A stretch of 64,000 bases of DNA, taken from positions 169,074,001-169,138,000 of the forward strand of contig NC_042998.1 of the NCBI RefSeq assembly GCF_006345805.1, in the 5' to 3' direction. Origin of the DNA: Octopus sinensis (Eukaryota). The position numbers and the translations under genes are program-made. Below are positions 38,933 to 53,629 of the stretch, one piece after another (the first letter of the stretch is position 1; the number at the start of each line of letters is the position of its first letter). The notes under the pieces are model-generated. The model had not been told where the DNA came from. It ran no database searches and was given only the letters and a program-made list of their open reading frames with translations.

Positions 38933-39330
38933 TTTTCTACTGTAGACACAAGGCCCGAAATTTGGGGGGAGGCGGGGCCAGTCGATTAAATCGACCTAGT
39001 ACGCAACTGTTACTTAATTTATCGACTCCGAAATGATGAAAGGCAAAGTCGACCTCGGCGGAATTTGAACTCAGAACGTAGCGGCAGACGAAATACCTAT
39101 TTCTTTACTACCCACAAGGGGCTAAACACAGAGAGGACAAACAAGGACAGACAAATGGATAATTAAGTCGATTACATCGACCCCAGTGCGTAACTGGTAC
39201 TTATTTAATCGACCCCGAAAGATGAAAGGCAAAGTCGACCTCGTCGGAATTTGAACTCAGAACGTAACGGCAAACGAAATACCACTAAGCATCTCGCCCG
39301 GCTTGCTAACGTTTCTGCCAGCTCGCCGCC
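38933..39330 (-). mobile_element. SINE-A dimer (head-core-tailA + core-tailB)
   Basis: Junction gaaata|ggtatttcg at 39098/39097. Confidence 0.88.
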
Positions 39331-40699
39331 TTATAATACATAAATATTAATATAGTGTGAAATGCTTTTACTAAGCCACTCGTGTTGACAGAATGAAGCA
39401 AGGAAACAGTAAATCAAAACAAGATCTCGTGAAAACAAATTTCATCAATGAATAAGAATATCTTGTGAGTAAAATGACACTTAATCAGTTTCGAAATACT
39501 ACATAAATGTTATTAATAGTATATGACTATTGACAAGATACCACTACGGCTTCCTGATCCATACGTTATGAATGCCATCTCGACTTTGAATATCTGTGCA
39601 GAGCATTCAGCTCTACAACCATCAGTCTTATTCGATAAATTGCACAAGCGGACTTGGTGACAAACAACAGATCTAACTAGATTTCTATCTTCGTTAGTCT
39701 GTAATTTCAATACTGAATAGTTTGAATTATCAAAATAATTCTAACTATAGAGTTTATATTCATATAGAAATTATGTGGAGGTAGAGTATGCAATAAAAAC
39801 CAAGGTCATCAGCTATAACATTCTGTCTGATCTTTCACCTCTAATGACGAAAGAAGCTCGGCTTTGGGAAATCAAGGACGCTAGTCCGAGTAATACTCAT
39901 AGTGAAAAAGGTGTTTGCATGGAAAGTTCTGGACGGTATGGCCAGTTTAACCTTATCGACATATCAAACATCAGTCTCTTCTCTACAACTACACCATGAC
40001 TGTAAATGTTGAAGCCATATAGTAGTCGAAACTATTGGCAGAATAATAGTAATCTTTTCTACTACAGATACAAATCCTCAAGATTTGGAGAGGGCGCTAA
40101 TTTCTTACATCGACATCAGTGCTCGACTGGTATTTATTTCATCGACTCCAAAAGGATGAAGGACAAAGTCGATTCGGCGGAATTTGAACTCAGAATGTAA
40201 TGATGGACGAATTTCAGCAATGCATTTTGCCCGGCATGCTAACGAGTCTACCTGTTTACTGTCTTAATAATAGCAATAACAACGGTTTCAAATTTTGGCA
40301 CAAGGCCAGCAATTTCGGGAAGGGGATAAGTGATTACATCGGCCCCAATACTCAACTGGTACTTAATTTATTGACCTTGAAAAGATGAACGGCAAAGTCA
40401 ACCAACCTCGGCAGAATTTGAACTCAGAACGCAAAGACTGACGAAATGCAGATATTGAAATCTCGACCTCGAATGAATGAAAGGCAAAGACATATGTGGC
40501 ATTTGAACTCGAAACGTATAGCCAGAAGAAATGCCGAATGAAGAAGAAGAAGAAGAAGAAGAAGAAGGATGTGGGAGTGCCATGACAGTAGTATGTTAAA
40601 TGGTCAACTGTCCGCTGTGGATGGTAGTAGTAATTGTTGAATTCCTGTTCTGAGGATACATACATACATATACCTTGAGGTGGAAAATCTACTACCATA

Positions 40700-42570
40700 T
40701 GAACAGAAATAATGTAGAAAAAGTTCTAAAGGGACAAGCTACCTATTATATATAGATCAAGAAGTCCTCCGGGACGTCAAAAGCAGGAAGAAAAACTTAA
40801 CATTATGGATTGATTATCAAAAGGTATATGATTGTGTGTCACACTCACGGATTCTACGATGCTTCAATATATTTAGGATAACTGAAAATGTCCAGCACTT
40901 ACAAAACAGAATTCCAGCATGGAGAACTATATTAGCATCAGGTCAAGATAAATTAGGTGAAGTAGGGGAATATTCCAAGGTTATACACTCAACTATGCTA
41001 CTCGAGGTTACTATTATCCCTCTTACATTGACCTTGAGAGTAGCTAAATCAGGTTACAAATTTAGTAGTGGTGAAGAAAAACCCAAACCACCTCCTGTTT
41101 ATGGATGATCTGAGGTTATTTGCCAAAAGTAAGAAAAATTTAGTTTCAATTGTCCAGGCTGTTAGAGTTGCGAGTGACGACATTGGTATGATGTTTGGAA
41201 TTGGTAAGTGTGCGACGCTAGTAATAGGGAGAGAAAAAATATCCAAGTCAGAAGGGATTAAACTCCCAGATGAGACATCAGTTAAAGCAATAATGAAGGT
41301 GACAGTTACAAATACCTTGGTGTATTGGAGACAGATAGAATTCTCTATCAAGAAATGAAAGGGAATGTGAGAAATGAATATTGCAGGAGAGAAAGAAGGT
41401 ACTAAGCTCAAAACTGAATGGAGGGAAAAGCATCTCTGCAGCAAATGCATGGACAGGGTCTCTAATACAATATTCTTCTAATTTCTTGAACTAGTCTAAG
41501 GAAGAACTAAGAGACATAGATTGTAAAAGCAGAAACTCAATGTCCACGTACATCCCAGAGACAGTGTCGATAGGTTATACCGACCACAAGAGGAGGGAGG
41601 AGGAATTTTATCAGTAGGCGATAGTCTTGAGATATCAGAACGTGATATAGAAAGGTGTGTGAGACGTAACATAGAAAACCTGATTTCAGTTGCCAGAGGA
41701 GAAAGAGGTTGTGGAGACTGTCACGGAATATAAGAAAAGACAAAAACAAGAGCGAGAAGAAACATCTGGGGAAAAGAAATGTACGTTCAACGTCTCAGAC
41801 AAACGCAGGACGCAGCAGCTGATGAGTCTTGGTTATGGATGAAGAATGGAGAGTTTAAGAAAGAAACGGAAAAACTCATAATGGCTAACCAAAGCCAGTT
41901 ATTGCGGACGAATATCATTAAGGCAAAAGAAGACAAATCCGCGAAAAATGCGAGGAGCAGAGTATGTAATGAGAAAGAGAAACTCATTATGTACATAATA
42001 AGTTCAAGTAGTTCTTTTGAATATGAGTATAGACGCAGATACGGTTGGGTGAGCAAGGTACTACACTGGGACATATTACGGCCAAGAGGTTTTGGAGTAG
42101 GAAGAAAATGGTACGAACATCTACCAGAGAGTGTAATAGAGAACGACCAGTATAAAGTTTCATGAGATTTTGATATACAGGCTGATCGCGAAATTCATGA
42201 CAGGTGACCAGATATTAACGTTCTGGACAAGATTTTAAAAAGTAGTACATCACAATGGATGTTGCTATATCTGCAAACATGTAGCAATGAAAGAACATGA
42301 GAAAATATGAAAATGCTAGGAATTAGCTAGGGAAATGCGAAGAAAGTGAAGAGTTTCTACAAAAGTAATCCCAGTTGTTATAGGTGCCCGAGGTACCATC
42401 ACCAACAGAATTGGCAGTTTCCTTGTTGAGTTTGGTGTAACTACAAGAGTTGCATTAATTCAGAAATTTCCTCTATTGGGAACACCAAGGATTGTAAGAA
42501 AGTAACTCGATAAGAAACTGGTTGTGACCCGTTATCAAGGACACTGATTCTGAACGTGAATAATGATAAT
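40700..42570 (+). mobile_element. R4/Dong-like non-LTR retrotransposon (RT, zinc knuckle, restriction-like endonuclease), decayed
   Basis: WIDYQKVYDCVSH, LLFMDDLRLFAKS...FGIGKCA, HPRDSVDRLYRP.EEGG, RVCNEKE...LHWDI...WYEHLPESVIEND, DFDIQADR..PDI; ends gtgaataatgataat. Confidence 0.85.
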
Positions 42571-44205
42571 GCTTACAAATTCTGGTTCAATGCCTGCAAT
42601 TTTGGTGTAGGGGGCAAGGCAAAGTCAACCTCGGTGGAATTTGAACTCAGAACATAAAAATAGATGAAATGCCACAAATCATTTTTTCCGACGTGCTAAC
42701 GATTCTGCTAGTAATGATAATCCTTTCTCATTTTGGCTCAAGGCCAGCAATTTTAAGAAGTGGGTTTAGTCGATTACATTGACCCCAGTGTTCAACTATA
42801 TTATCGATCACCAAAGTATGAAAGGAAAACACCTTGTCGACATTTGAACTCTGAAGGTACAGCTGAGAAAATGCCGAATAATAATAAAAGTTATAATTAT
42901 AACAACATCTGAAAGATCTAAGCGCTGAAATTAGATATTGCATGATGTTAATGAACTCGAGCAGTCATATTGAAAATAAATAGTCATATTGAACTTAGCA
43001 CGATATTCACTCTATGCAGTGATGCAATAAAGAATTAAGCAAACATTGGGGAAAAGATTTTGTATTTATACTACCATCAAGAAGCGAAAACCTCCTGGTT
43101 ACAAGGGTATGCCATTTTTTCGCTGGCATTTATATAAAAGAATAAATTGTTATAATGATCAACAGTAGATAACTGATAACCGAGTCGACAGAACAATAAA
43201 CAACCAGACTAGAGGTGTCTATGGACAATATATTTGTATGTCAACGTTACTTTTCATCCCTTCGGGGTCGATAAAAATAAAGTAATTACTGCACAGTAGA
43301 TAGGCAGAACAGTAAGAACGTCAGACCGAATACGTTAGCATATTTGTTCCGGCTAATGTCCTCGGTTCAAATCCTACTGTAGTTTCTTAGTGGTTTATTT
43401 AATCTGTCTCTTGGATTAACACCACTATCTGGTACATTGAAAACCTTTAGCGGAATCCACTTTGTTACAGGCATCTGGGACAGGCTTTCAGCTTATGGAT
43501 ACCTTCCTCCAACCAGTTTCGGAGACATTGTAAGAGAGACAATGATCATTGTTTTACCTCCTGACTGAAAGATTAAAAACAGGCTTAGGAGTTGATATTG
43601 GATTTCCGGGTATCGTGCAAGAACCAGACGATAGGTTCTTTTCGTTCTTGGTCTAAAGACGAGCATGATAAATCTCAAATGGGCAACAATTCCAAGTCTT
43701 GGTACTGAATCCATGGATACGACAAGTAGTAAATCCAAATTAAACAACCAATAATTGGTGTCATGTTCCTTACCAAGATTGTTGTAGTTCAACTACCCGG
43801 GTATTTTCATTCTGCAGGTGGGGTAATTTACTGCTGTTATAATACTGTGGAATTTACGAGAATTTCATTAACTTGCAGGACAGTTCATGTCTCCTACAGG
43901 TAAAGCTCCACACAAGATTATGGCGTTCTAGCCAGGTGAGGTTTCTCATTTATCTACTTAACATTACACACAGTGGAAATAAACACCAACCTAGTGAAAT
44001 TGTTTTATCTCTTACTTGTTTCAGTCATTGCGGCCATGCTGGGGCACTGCTTTGAAGAGTTTATTCGAACCATTGACACCATTACTTATTTTTACGTCTG
44101 ATACTTTATTCTATCGGTCTCCTTTAACCGTTATGCTATGGAGACATACAAAAAACAATATTGTTTGCCAAACAGTAGTGGGGGTACAAACATAAACACA
44201 CACAC

Positions 44206-44541
<336 letters not shown>

Positions 44542-45799
44542 GACAAGCTTCCTCACAGTTTCTGGCGAACAAAGTCACTCTCAAGGCATTAGTCGGCCTT
44601 GAATTTCAGCAGAAGACACCCAAGGTAAAGTGGAATGGGACTAAATTCGAAAGTACAGAGTTAAGCGAGCTTCTTAACTACAAGCTATGCCTGTGCATAT
44701 ATTGGAATATTGGTATATGTAAAAAGTGGGAAAAATTAACATTAAACTCAACTTTCTATCAGAAATATCTATTCCTACTTCACTGTAGTGTTAATTCCAC
44801 TTCAAAAGATTATACCCGTAGTTTTCTTTCCTAACTGCCATTATATTGCTAATTTTAAATTTTACAACCGTCAATCTTCACCAAAATGTTGCAAATATTG
44901 AAAAGACCGTGTATTCTCCTTGAAATCAGTATTATTAACCATAAGTATACACACACATTGATACAAATGCAAATACCTGCTTGTAAACACACATTCATCA
45001 TATCACCAGTGACTAATAACACACACTGATGCTTTTATAAATAATGGTAGCATATATGTGTGTGTGCGTTTGCATACATACTCACGCATATACACACACG
45101 CTCTGAGATTAACAGAAAAACATTGTAACAATACTATAAAAAAACGCGTGGGAGAGGTTACCCGTAATTTTCTCAACTAACGTGTGAAGCCAAAGATTTT
45201 TAAAGGAAAGGAAAAAATTCCTGTTATTATATACGTGCCGTTCCTACGAATATGAGCAAAGTTTGCTGGAAGCATACATTTTAGTTTGTAGCTCTTGTCT
45301 TAATAATATGTACTTGAATAAATTTATATTACAATTTGCTTTGTTCCTCAGTTGTTGGTTATAAAATTCAGATCAAACATTTGTATGATTTTAGTGGGTT
45401 AGGCAGGAACGAAATATAAGTATTCATAGATGGTAAAAGAACACATTTTTCAAAGGTTACTTTAATATTCACAAGTTACGAAGGTCTAAAGAATTTGTTT
45501 TGCAATTCCCGTTTTAAGTCATATCTCTTCATCATGCAGCTAATACTTTTGGGAAAAAACCTAAACTTCACGACTCAGCATTATTCCTCTATTAAAAGAC
45601 AATTGCCAACTCAAAAAGAATTATGTAAAGACATTAGCACTAAAAATCGAATTGGAATTAAACTAAAGAAACGTTGTTTGTTTTCACTTCACTACATCTC
45701 AATGTTGGGACGTAGTAGTCATGTCTCTATCAAATTACACCCTATTACCACATAGAAAATAGGAAACAGCGTAATATCAGGATCAAAGAGGCTTATAGA

Positions 45800-46005
45800 G
45801 TCAGTTTTCGGGTTTCTGTGGCGTATATATTCCCCCTTGAACGGGAGACCAGTCTGTCACAAAATTACTCATTTTGCCAGCTGAGTGGACTGGAGCAACG
45901 TGAAATGAAGTGTTTTGCTCAAGAACACAACGCTCGCCCGGTCCAGGAATCGAAACTACAATCTTACGATCATGAGCGCAACACGCCAATCACAAACCCA
46001 AGCGC
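45800..46005 (-). mobile_element. tRNA-derived SINE (family D)
   Basis: tRNA-like gtttcgattcctggaccggg followed by ttgagcaaaacacttcatttcacgttgctccagtccactcagctggcaaaatgagt; related fragments near 18780-18960 and 51690-51790. Confidence 0.7.
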
Positions 46006-46418
46006 TTATGAATATATGAAACAGCGGAATGCTCCCGATTAGAACTCCACTGATCATACGCCTTGGACTGACCTGTGAGTAGTCAACATGAACAATTGCA
46101 AACAATGTCAGATATCTATTATAATAGCAGTAGCAGGAATATTTTTTCGACTAAACACGACCAACCCTGAAAAAGTTCGTTACATATATTTCCAAAATTC
46201 TCCAAACACTTCTACTTTTCTTACCAATCATTAGTGAGTACATTTAGATAGACATTTTCCATTGCTAAACTGGTAAATACGTAATGTTTATGACTCGCTT
46301 ATGATGTCGTAATAAATACTGAAATATGTCTAGGATAGTCCTTTCGAGTTCGATAAAATAAGTACCAATTGAACTAGCTCCCTCCAACAAAATTGCTAGC
46401 GATGTGTCAACATTAGAA

Positions 46419-46449
<31 letters not shown>

Positions 46450-47146
46450 CATACATACATACAACGGGCCTCTTTCAGTTTCCATCTACCGAATGCACGC
46501 TATGGAAGTGAACACAAGACTATTTGATTGAAAAAGCAAACTTCTTACCAAATAACCAAATTGATATATTGATGTATTGTTTTCTTGAACCACACAGTAA
46601 AGGCTAGAGATGACCTCAGCAGGATTTAGAATCATATCGTTAACTAAATATTGTAATTTATTTAATCTTTGTATTCTATTTCCTGCATTCAGCTAACGCG
46701 CGCATATACGCAAATTTTAGGAAATACAAACAGCATGACACGTATAACAAACACGCGATCGCCCGCCTTTCTACATGGATTCTAAATATCTAAGTTATTT
46801 TGGTGTTCCAGTTTGCATTATCTGCAGCATATTGTTGTTCCAACAAATGGATGTAAGAAAGTCAAGAATTTTCTTTAGAATTAAGAAAAACTTCCTTTTG
46901 TTATTTACACTGAATTTCCTGATAAAGAAAGAAATCGTGCAAAACATAAATTTGTATTATGTATTCATTACAATATGAAATTGATTTTGTATGATGTTTC
47001 AATGAGTTTTATAACGAGATGTTTTTAAGGTGATATATATATTTATGTGTATGTATGTGTGTGTATGTGATATACATATATCAGCCTTAGGGCTGAAACA
47101 TATAGAAGAATATAAGAATATTATTTATATGTATACATGTATATAT

Positions 47147-47201
<55 letters not shown>

Positions 47202-47330
47202 TATGTATTATATGTATGTATGTATGGAGAGAAATACATATAATGCATATAAATATATATGATAAACATACTTATGTGCATGTATATACAAATATATATT
47301 CATATGTATATAAAAATAAATGCATATATA

Positions 47331-47361
<31 letters not shown>

Positions 47362-47913
47362 CATATAGAGAAATGTAGACATGAATACACACGCACACAC
47401 ATATATATATTATGCAGGTTGACAGACTTTAATAGATGAAAATAGATGAATATAGTTCTCAAATGAATGTTCCAATAACATGCAAACGGGAAATTCTAAG
47501 TGCACTTCCGGGGAATATATTTCTCTTCCGGTTTTATTGTAAGCTGGAGTTACAGCAATCCATTTTAATTTTCTAATATCCTTCAAAAATTATTTATTCC
47601 ATTACTCCGTTCCATAAGACAAATCATAGGTTTTATATATCTATAGGTATTGTAGCAATATGATATAGCAATACGACACAGTCATAGCAAGTAATGAGCG
47701 CAGCTTTAAGTATCCACTCCTAAATCATAGAGCAGTAAAAGCTCTTTAGTGTATAATTATGTGTGTTTGTTATACACATACACACACCACACATATATAT
47801 ATATATATGTGTGTGTGCGTGTGTGTGTGTATAATGTATATTATATACATATATACAAATATATAGCATTCACATATGTATATTGTATATCTAAATATAT
47901 ATATATATATATA

Positions 47914-48888
47914 CTAGCAGTATCGCCCGGCGTTGCTCGGGTTTGTAAGGGAAATAACTATATAAGCATTTTGAGAGTTACTTCCTTTATAGATGCCAAT
48001 TCGGTTTTTAGCCATTTCTGTTTGGTGTCTTCAAGCCATGAAGTCGTTGTTCTAAAAGAACGCTGGTCTCCTTGACAACGCTTTACGACGTTGATTTCCT
48101 TACACTCCCTTCCCCACAGCTTCACGAGGGAGGGAAGAAGGGGGAGAAGCAAACAGGTGCAGGTGTGACCATGGATGCCAACTCCGCCGCCATCGACACA
48201 CGAAAAATTATGCATTAAAATGGAATAAAAAATTATGTTAAATTATTTTTAAAATCGTAGACTCATCGTAGACGCGCGCTAATACTCAGACGGGCTTGAT
48301 ATGAATTACGACTATAAGATACCCGAATTCGGTTAAACTGCACCGCAAAATGTGGGAGTAGTTAGGAATCTAAATCGAAGGGGACAGACACTCACACAAC
48401 TACAGTTTTATATATATAGACTAGCAGTATCGCCCGGCGTTGCTCGGGTTTGTAAGGGAAATAACTATATAAGCATTTTTAGAGAGTTACTTCCTTTATA
48501 GATGCCAATTCGGGCTTTCTTAGCCATTTCTGTTTTGGTGTCTTCAAGCCATGAAGTCGTTGTTCTAAAAGAACGCTGGTCTCCTTGACAATGCATTACG
48601 ACGTTGATTTCCTTGAACACAGGTGCAGGTGTTTGAGCGTGGACGCCAACTCCGCCGCCATCGACACACGAAAAATTATGCATTAAAATGGAATAAAAAA
48701 TGATGTTAAATTATTTTTAAAATTGTAGATTCATCGTAGACGCGCGCTAATAGCCAGACGGGCTCGATATGAATTACGACTATAAGATACCCGGTTTTGG
48801 TTAAACTGCACCGCAAAATGTGGGAGGAGTTAGGAATCTAAATCGTAGGAGACAGACACTCACACAACTACAGTTTTATATATATAGA
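47914..48888 (-). mobile_element. Two tandem non-autonomous Helitrons (family 2)
   Basis: Copies 47914-48420 and 48421-48888 joined CTAG|TC with no spacer; outer ends A|TC and CTAG|T. Confidence 0.9.
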
Positions 48889-48905
48889 TATATAGATATA
48901 GATAT

Positions 48906-48940
<35 letters not shown>

Positions 48941-48941
<1 letters not shown>

Positions 48942-49391
48942 CACTCTTTTACACTTTGATGTTTCAGACATGTGGCCATGGTCATGCTGGAGCACCACCA
49001 TGGTCTTTCTAACTTCCTCAGTCCGAGTGTTTCACATCCACACTCCTGTATGTGCCTTTGTCTCGGCTGTTGGTGTATTTGGTGTATAAGGGAGTTTGAT
49101 TCCGCTGCCCTCGTCTGCACCTCATCTGGGGCTGTTGGTTCATCCGGTATTGTGGAGAGGAAGATGTCTAGTTCCTTTTTGACGACATCTACTTCCACCT
49201 TATGCAGATTTCTTAATTTTTGTAACAGGGCATTGAAGAGCAGTGGGCCTTTGAACCCTAGATTTTTGCAGTACCTGGTCTTGAATTTAGATGGAGTGGA
49301 TGGTACCTTTGGTACAATACAATAGCAGCTTGTTCTGGTATTTGCATAACACTCAATGCCAAAGTTAGGTACTAGCCCTTCTAGGATTTTG

Positions 49392-49426
<35 letters not shown>

Positions 49427-50175
49427 TATATATATGTATATATATTATTGCATATCTCTAACGCCTTCGCTCCAGGTAGTAAAGTTGTAGATTTCTCAGC
49501 TTATCCGTGTAACTCATCTGCTGCACTGTTTCAGTCTTTTTAATGTAGTGTCGTTGGACTGCTTCAAGCTCCGCTGTTAGTTTGATACAATGAGGTGACC
49601 ATAACTGGGAGCCGTAGTCCAGGCGGCTGAGAACAAAGGTTCTCCACAGGGTCAACAAGTTTCTTGGCCTCTTGTCTTCAAAGACCTCAGTATCCATCCT
49701 GTCAGTTGTCTGCACTTTGCTGCCATCTTGCTAATGTGCATATAAAATGATGCTTCATTGCACATATTGATCCCCAAGTCTTTCAATGCGTGTGACTCTG
49801 GGATAGTAGTGCCTTCGAGTCCTGTATATGTAGATTGAACTGTATTCGTGAGTTGATAGTGCACTGCTTGAAATTTTGCAGCATGTTGTTTATTTCAGCT
49901 CACTTGTATATTGAATTTAAGTCCCGCTGTAAGTTTGTGACATCATCTTGGTTTTTTATTGCCTGTGATAATTTTATACCATTGGCACAGCTAGTGACAG
50001 TGGCTGTCTGAGTAACCGCGGGCATGTCTAAAAGGGCTGATATGAACAGTAATGGCCCCAGAACAGTTCCCTGGGGGGACACCACTTAAGATTTGAGCTG
50101 TCTCAGAAAGGGCACCATTGGCTGCAACTACCTGACTTCTGTCTTTAGGAAAGTAATGCAGCCACTCTCCCAGTA
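48941..50175 (-). mobile_element. CR1-like LINE, 5'-truncated, decayed
   Basis: SGVPQGTVLGPLLFI, SRLDYGSQLWSP, LEAVQR..., FLSTIPDEP; (TA)n expansion near 49400; tail ggtggtgctccagcatg...ctgaaaca. Confidence 0.9.
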
Positions 50176-50332
50176 TATATCATATACCTCTACATAAGTG
50201 TATGTATAATATATATATATATATATCAGATACGTTGTGTGTGTGCATGTATATATAGAGAGATAGATAGATAGAGATATACATCTATATATAAACATAT
50301 ATATATACACACACACACATACACACACACAA

Positions 50333-50385
<53 letters not shown>

Positions 50386-50612
50386 TATATATGTATACAT
50401 ATGTATGCTACAATAGTAGCCCATTAGATATATTTCAAAAGCTAAGCGATTAAACCGCTTACACCAGATCACCTTAAAATTTCTACATTCCTATTGGAAT
50501 TAACTCTTTTATTTCTGTATCTCCAACTAAATTACTCATCCCTCTATGAGCTTTAATAAAATTTCAAAATATTCCATATTTTATAATTATTTTATAAATG
50601 AACTAAATGTTT

Positions 50613-51009
50613 TGTACATTATTTACATTCGACGGATATTTTTCATCTTGTTTGTTGTTAACACAACATTTCGGTTGAATGTACCCTCCAGCCTTCTTCA
50701 GGTGTCTTGGGGAAATTTCGAACCTGGGTTCTCATTCTTAAGATATTTTTCGATGTTATTATCATTATTATCTAGGTCACTGCCTGGAATCGAACTCGGA
50801 ATCTTGGGGTTAGTAGCCCGCGCTCGTAACCACTACACCATGACCTGGATAATAATAATAATAACATCGAAAAATACCTTAGGAATGAGAACCCAGGTTC
50901 GAAATTTCCCCAAGACACCTGAAGAAGTCTGGAGGGTATATCAGCCGAAACGTTGTGATAACAACAAAAAAGATGAGGATAAATATCCGTCGAATGTAAA
51001 TAACGTACA
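50613..51009. mobile_element. tRNA-headed hammerhead-bearing element in an inverted (palindromic) arrangement
   Basis: Arms 50613-50779 / 50841-51009; spacer is a tRNA-like head (A box TGGTGTAGTGG, B box GTTCGATTCC, minus strand); hammerhead motif in each arm. Confidence 0.8.
50915..50958 (+). ncRNA. Minimal hammerhead ribozyme (palindromic ACGU stem III)
   Basis: acac CTGAAGA [a-gtctg..tcagcc] GAAACGT T gtga; mirror copy on the minus strand at 50661-50705. Confidence 0.65.
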
Positions 51010-51062
51010 TAATGTACATAATTCGTCATCTCTTAAATATAGAACTGTAAATGTTTTGTGTG

Positions 51063-51130
<68 letters not shown>

Positions 51131-51939
51131 CATATATATACATACATATATATGTGTATATACGAACATACATAATTCTTATACAAAAATGTTGTTGACG
51201 GTACTAGGACAAAATCCTCCCACTCCCAGACAAAATCTCTTTCAACAAAATACTCTAAGTGGGTTTATGAAAACAATTCTCCGCTAACCTGAGGACAAAT
51301 GTATAAGCCATAATAAAATAATAAAGCAATCAAACGAACGTAATAGAATTTTAATAAGAAGTTTAAAAAAAAGGCAATTCATTAGTTTATAACGAACAAG
51401 GTAATTCATCAATTCAACAATATTCCTGGGGGATTTTCTCCTCGAGAGATTTTGTACTCGGGGGCATTTTGTCCTGATACCCTTGTCGACAGTAACTTCA
51501 AGATTTCGCCCAGCTAAGACGATGGTTTAGTTGGCTGAAACTTCATAAGAAACTGCATAAGAATAATAGATATGTACTCTACAAAAGTATTGAGTAACCC
51601 ACCCGATTAACAGAAAATTGTTTTTTTCATTATAATGGAACATAAAAACAAGCATTAATATATATATTATATATTATATTATACATGGCTTGTGTGTGTG
51701 GAACTCACAATTGGAAGATTGTAGCTTCGATTTGCAGACCGGAGACACGTCGTGTTCTTCAGCAAAGCACTTCATTTCATGTTCTTACTTTGAGTAAGAA
51801 GTAAGCAACGTTTTCAACCATGAAGTATTTGTACCGGATTTTGCAGTTCTTAATTATTTTTTAACTTTTTTTTATTTTGCAATTATCTGATAGTACAGAC
51901 ATAGACGTGCCTAAATGTATCAATAAATTAACGTTGATA

Positions 51940-53048
51940 TTTTTTCACCGTTGTTATAATCAGCTGAAATGAAACTGTCATAGAGAGATATTCGAATAAT
52001 TTTGCTATAAAACTTCATAAAAGGACGTAAAGCAGATGAAACTACTCGCAATATCAGCGAAATGTTTGGTGTATGTAAATAACCAGTGAGTGGTCAGCTC
52101 ACAAATGGTTTAAACGATTTTTTAGTAGAGACCTAAGCCTTGAAGATGGCGAGCGTAGTGGACTCGCATCTGGCATCGATGACCGTCAAGTAAAGACCGT
52201 CATTGGGAAAGATCCATGTAAATTCACTCGAGAACTGGTAAAAGAACTGCTTGCAACCATTTGCATGCGATCGGAAAGTCAAAACGGCTAGACAAGTAGA
52301 TACCACACGATTTGAATGAAAATCAGAAAATGCGTAGATGTGAAATTTGCTCCTCGCTTCTTCTCCCTAACCAGATCCATTTCTTGATTGCATTATAACT
52401 TGCGATGAAAAGTGGATTCTGTACAATAATAAAAACGTTACTCGCAGTGGTTGGACCAACATGAAATACCGAAAACGTTCCGTAAGCTTGAGCTCTTCAA
52501 AAAGGTGGTTATAGTGATTGTTTGGTGGTGTACTGCCGGACTTAACCATTATGACTTCTTAAAACTCGAATAAATTATTACTGCAGAACCATATTGCCAT
52601 GAAATTGCCAAATGAACGAAAAACTGCTACTCCTCCGTCCCAGTCCGGTCAACAGAAGAGGGCCAATCATTCTTCATGACAATGCTCGACCACACGTTTC
52701 ACTAATGGCGCCCTAGAAGTTGAGTGAACTTGCTATGAAGTTCTAATCCACCCAGCTCATTCCTCAGACCTTTCTCCTACTGACTATCACTTCTGCAAGC
52801 ACCCTGACGGATTTCCTGCGAGAGAATGAGTTGAGAAATCAAACTGTTGCTGAAAGTGCGTTCAAAGAGTTCATCAGCTCCAGAACTCCAGCTTTTATGT
52901 TACCGGAATAAGCAAATTTGTTACTCGTTGGCAAAAATGTGTGATTATAATGGTACTTACATTGATGAATAAAATTTCCGTATTATTGAAATATATTGTT
53001 ATGAATTTGATGTTTCAAAACGTTGCTTACTTTTTATTCAGCCTGATA
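51940..53048 (+). mobile_element. Hsmar1/SETMAR-like mariner, near full length, decayed
   Basis: ITCDEKWILYNN, HDNARPH, H.AHSSDLSPTDYHF and RWQKCV; 3' terminus ...ttacttttattcagcctgata. Confidence 0.9.
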
Positions 53049-53233
53049 CATATATCCATTCAGCTGTAAATGGGGACCCATGCAACGAACAAGTCTTCCG
53101 TTCAGAGGGGATGTTAACCTGCTGCTTAGCCAGTGGAGGGGCATCATTCGAAAGCTATAACGATGTGAGGAAGCGCATAGTAAGCAGTAGTGTATAACGA
53201 TGTCCGATAGTCTGGTCGACACAGATATATATA

Positions 53234-53346
<113 letters not shown>

Positions 53347-53629
53347 TTATATATATATATATATACATGATATATGTATATTATATATATATATATATAT
53401 ATAATATATATATATATAATACATATATATAATATATATATATATAATTTATAATATGCATATATAAAATGTATGTATATATATATATAATACATACATA
53501 CAATATATATATATATGATATATGTATATTATATATATTATATATATATTATATAATATGTATGTGATATATATAATACATATAATATAATATATATGAT
53601 ATATATAAATATATGTATATGTATATATG

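Noticed and set aside
39513-39999. Short non-repetitive ORFs and a CTAATGA...GAAA hammerhead-like pattern near 39840
   Set aside because: No recognisable homology; the core is mutated and stem III is absent.
43818-43899. Plus-strand exon-like segment (ttctgcag|...CAG|gtaaag)
   Set aside because: One open frame but no recognisable protein and no partner exons; needs RNA-seq.
50780-50840. Functional tRNA gene
   Set aside because: No acceptor stem pairing; fused to a repeat tail, so treated as a SINE head.
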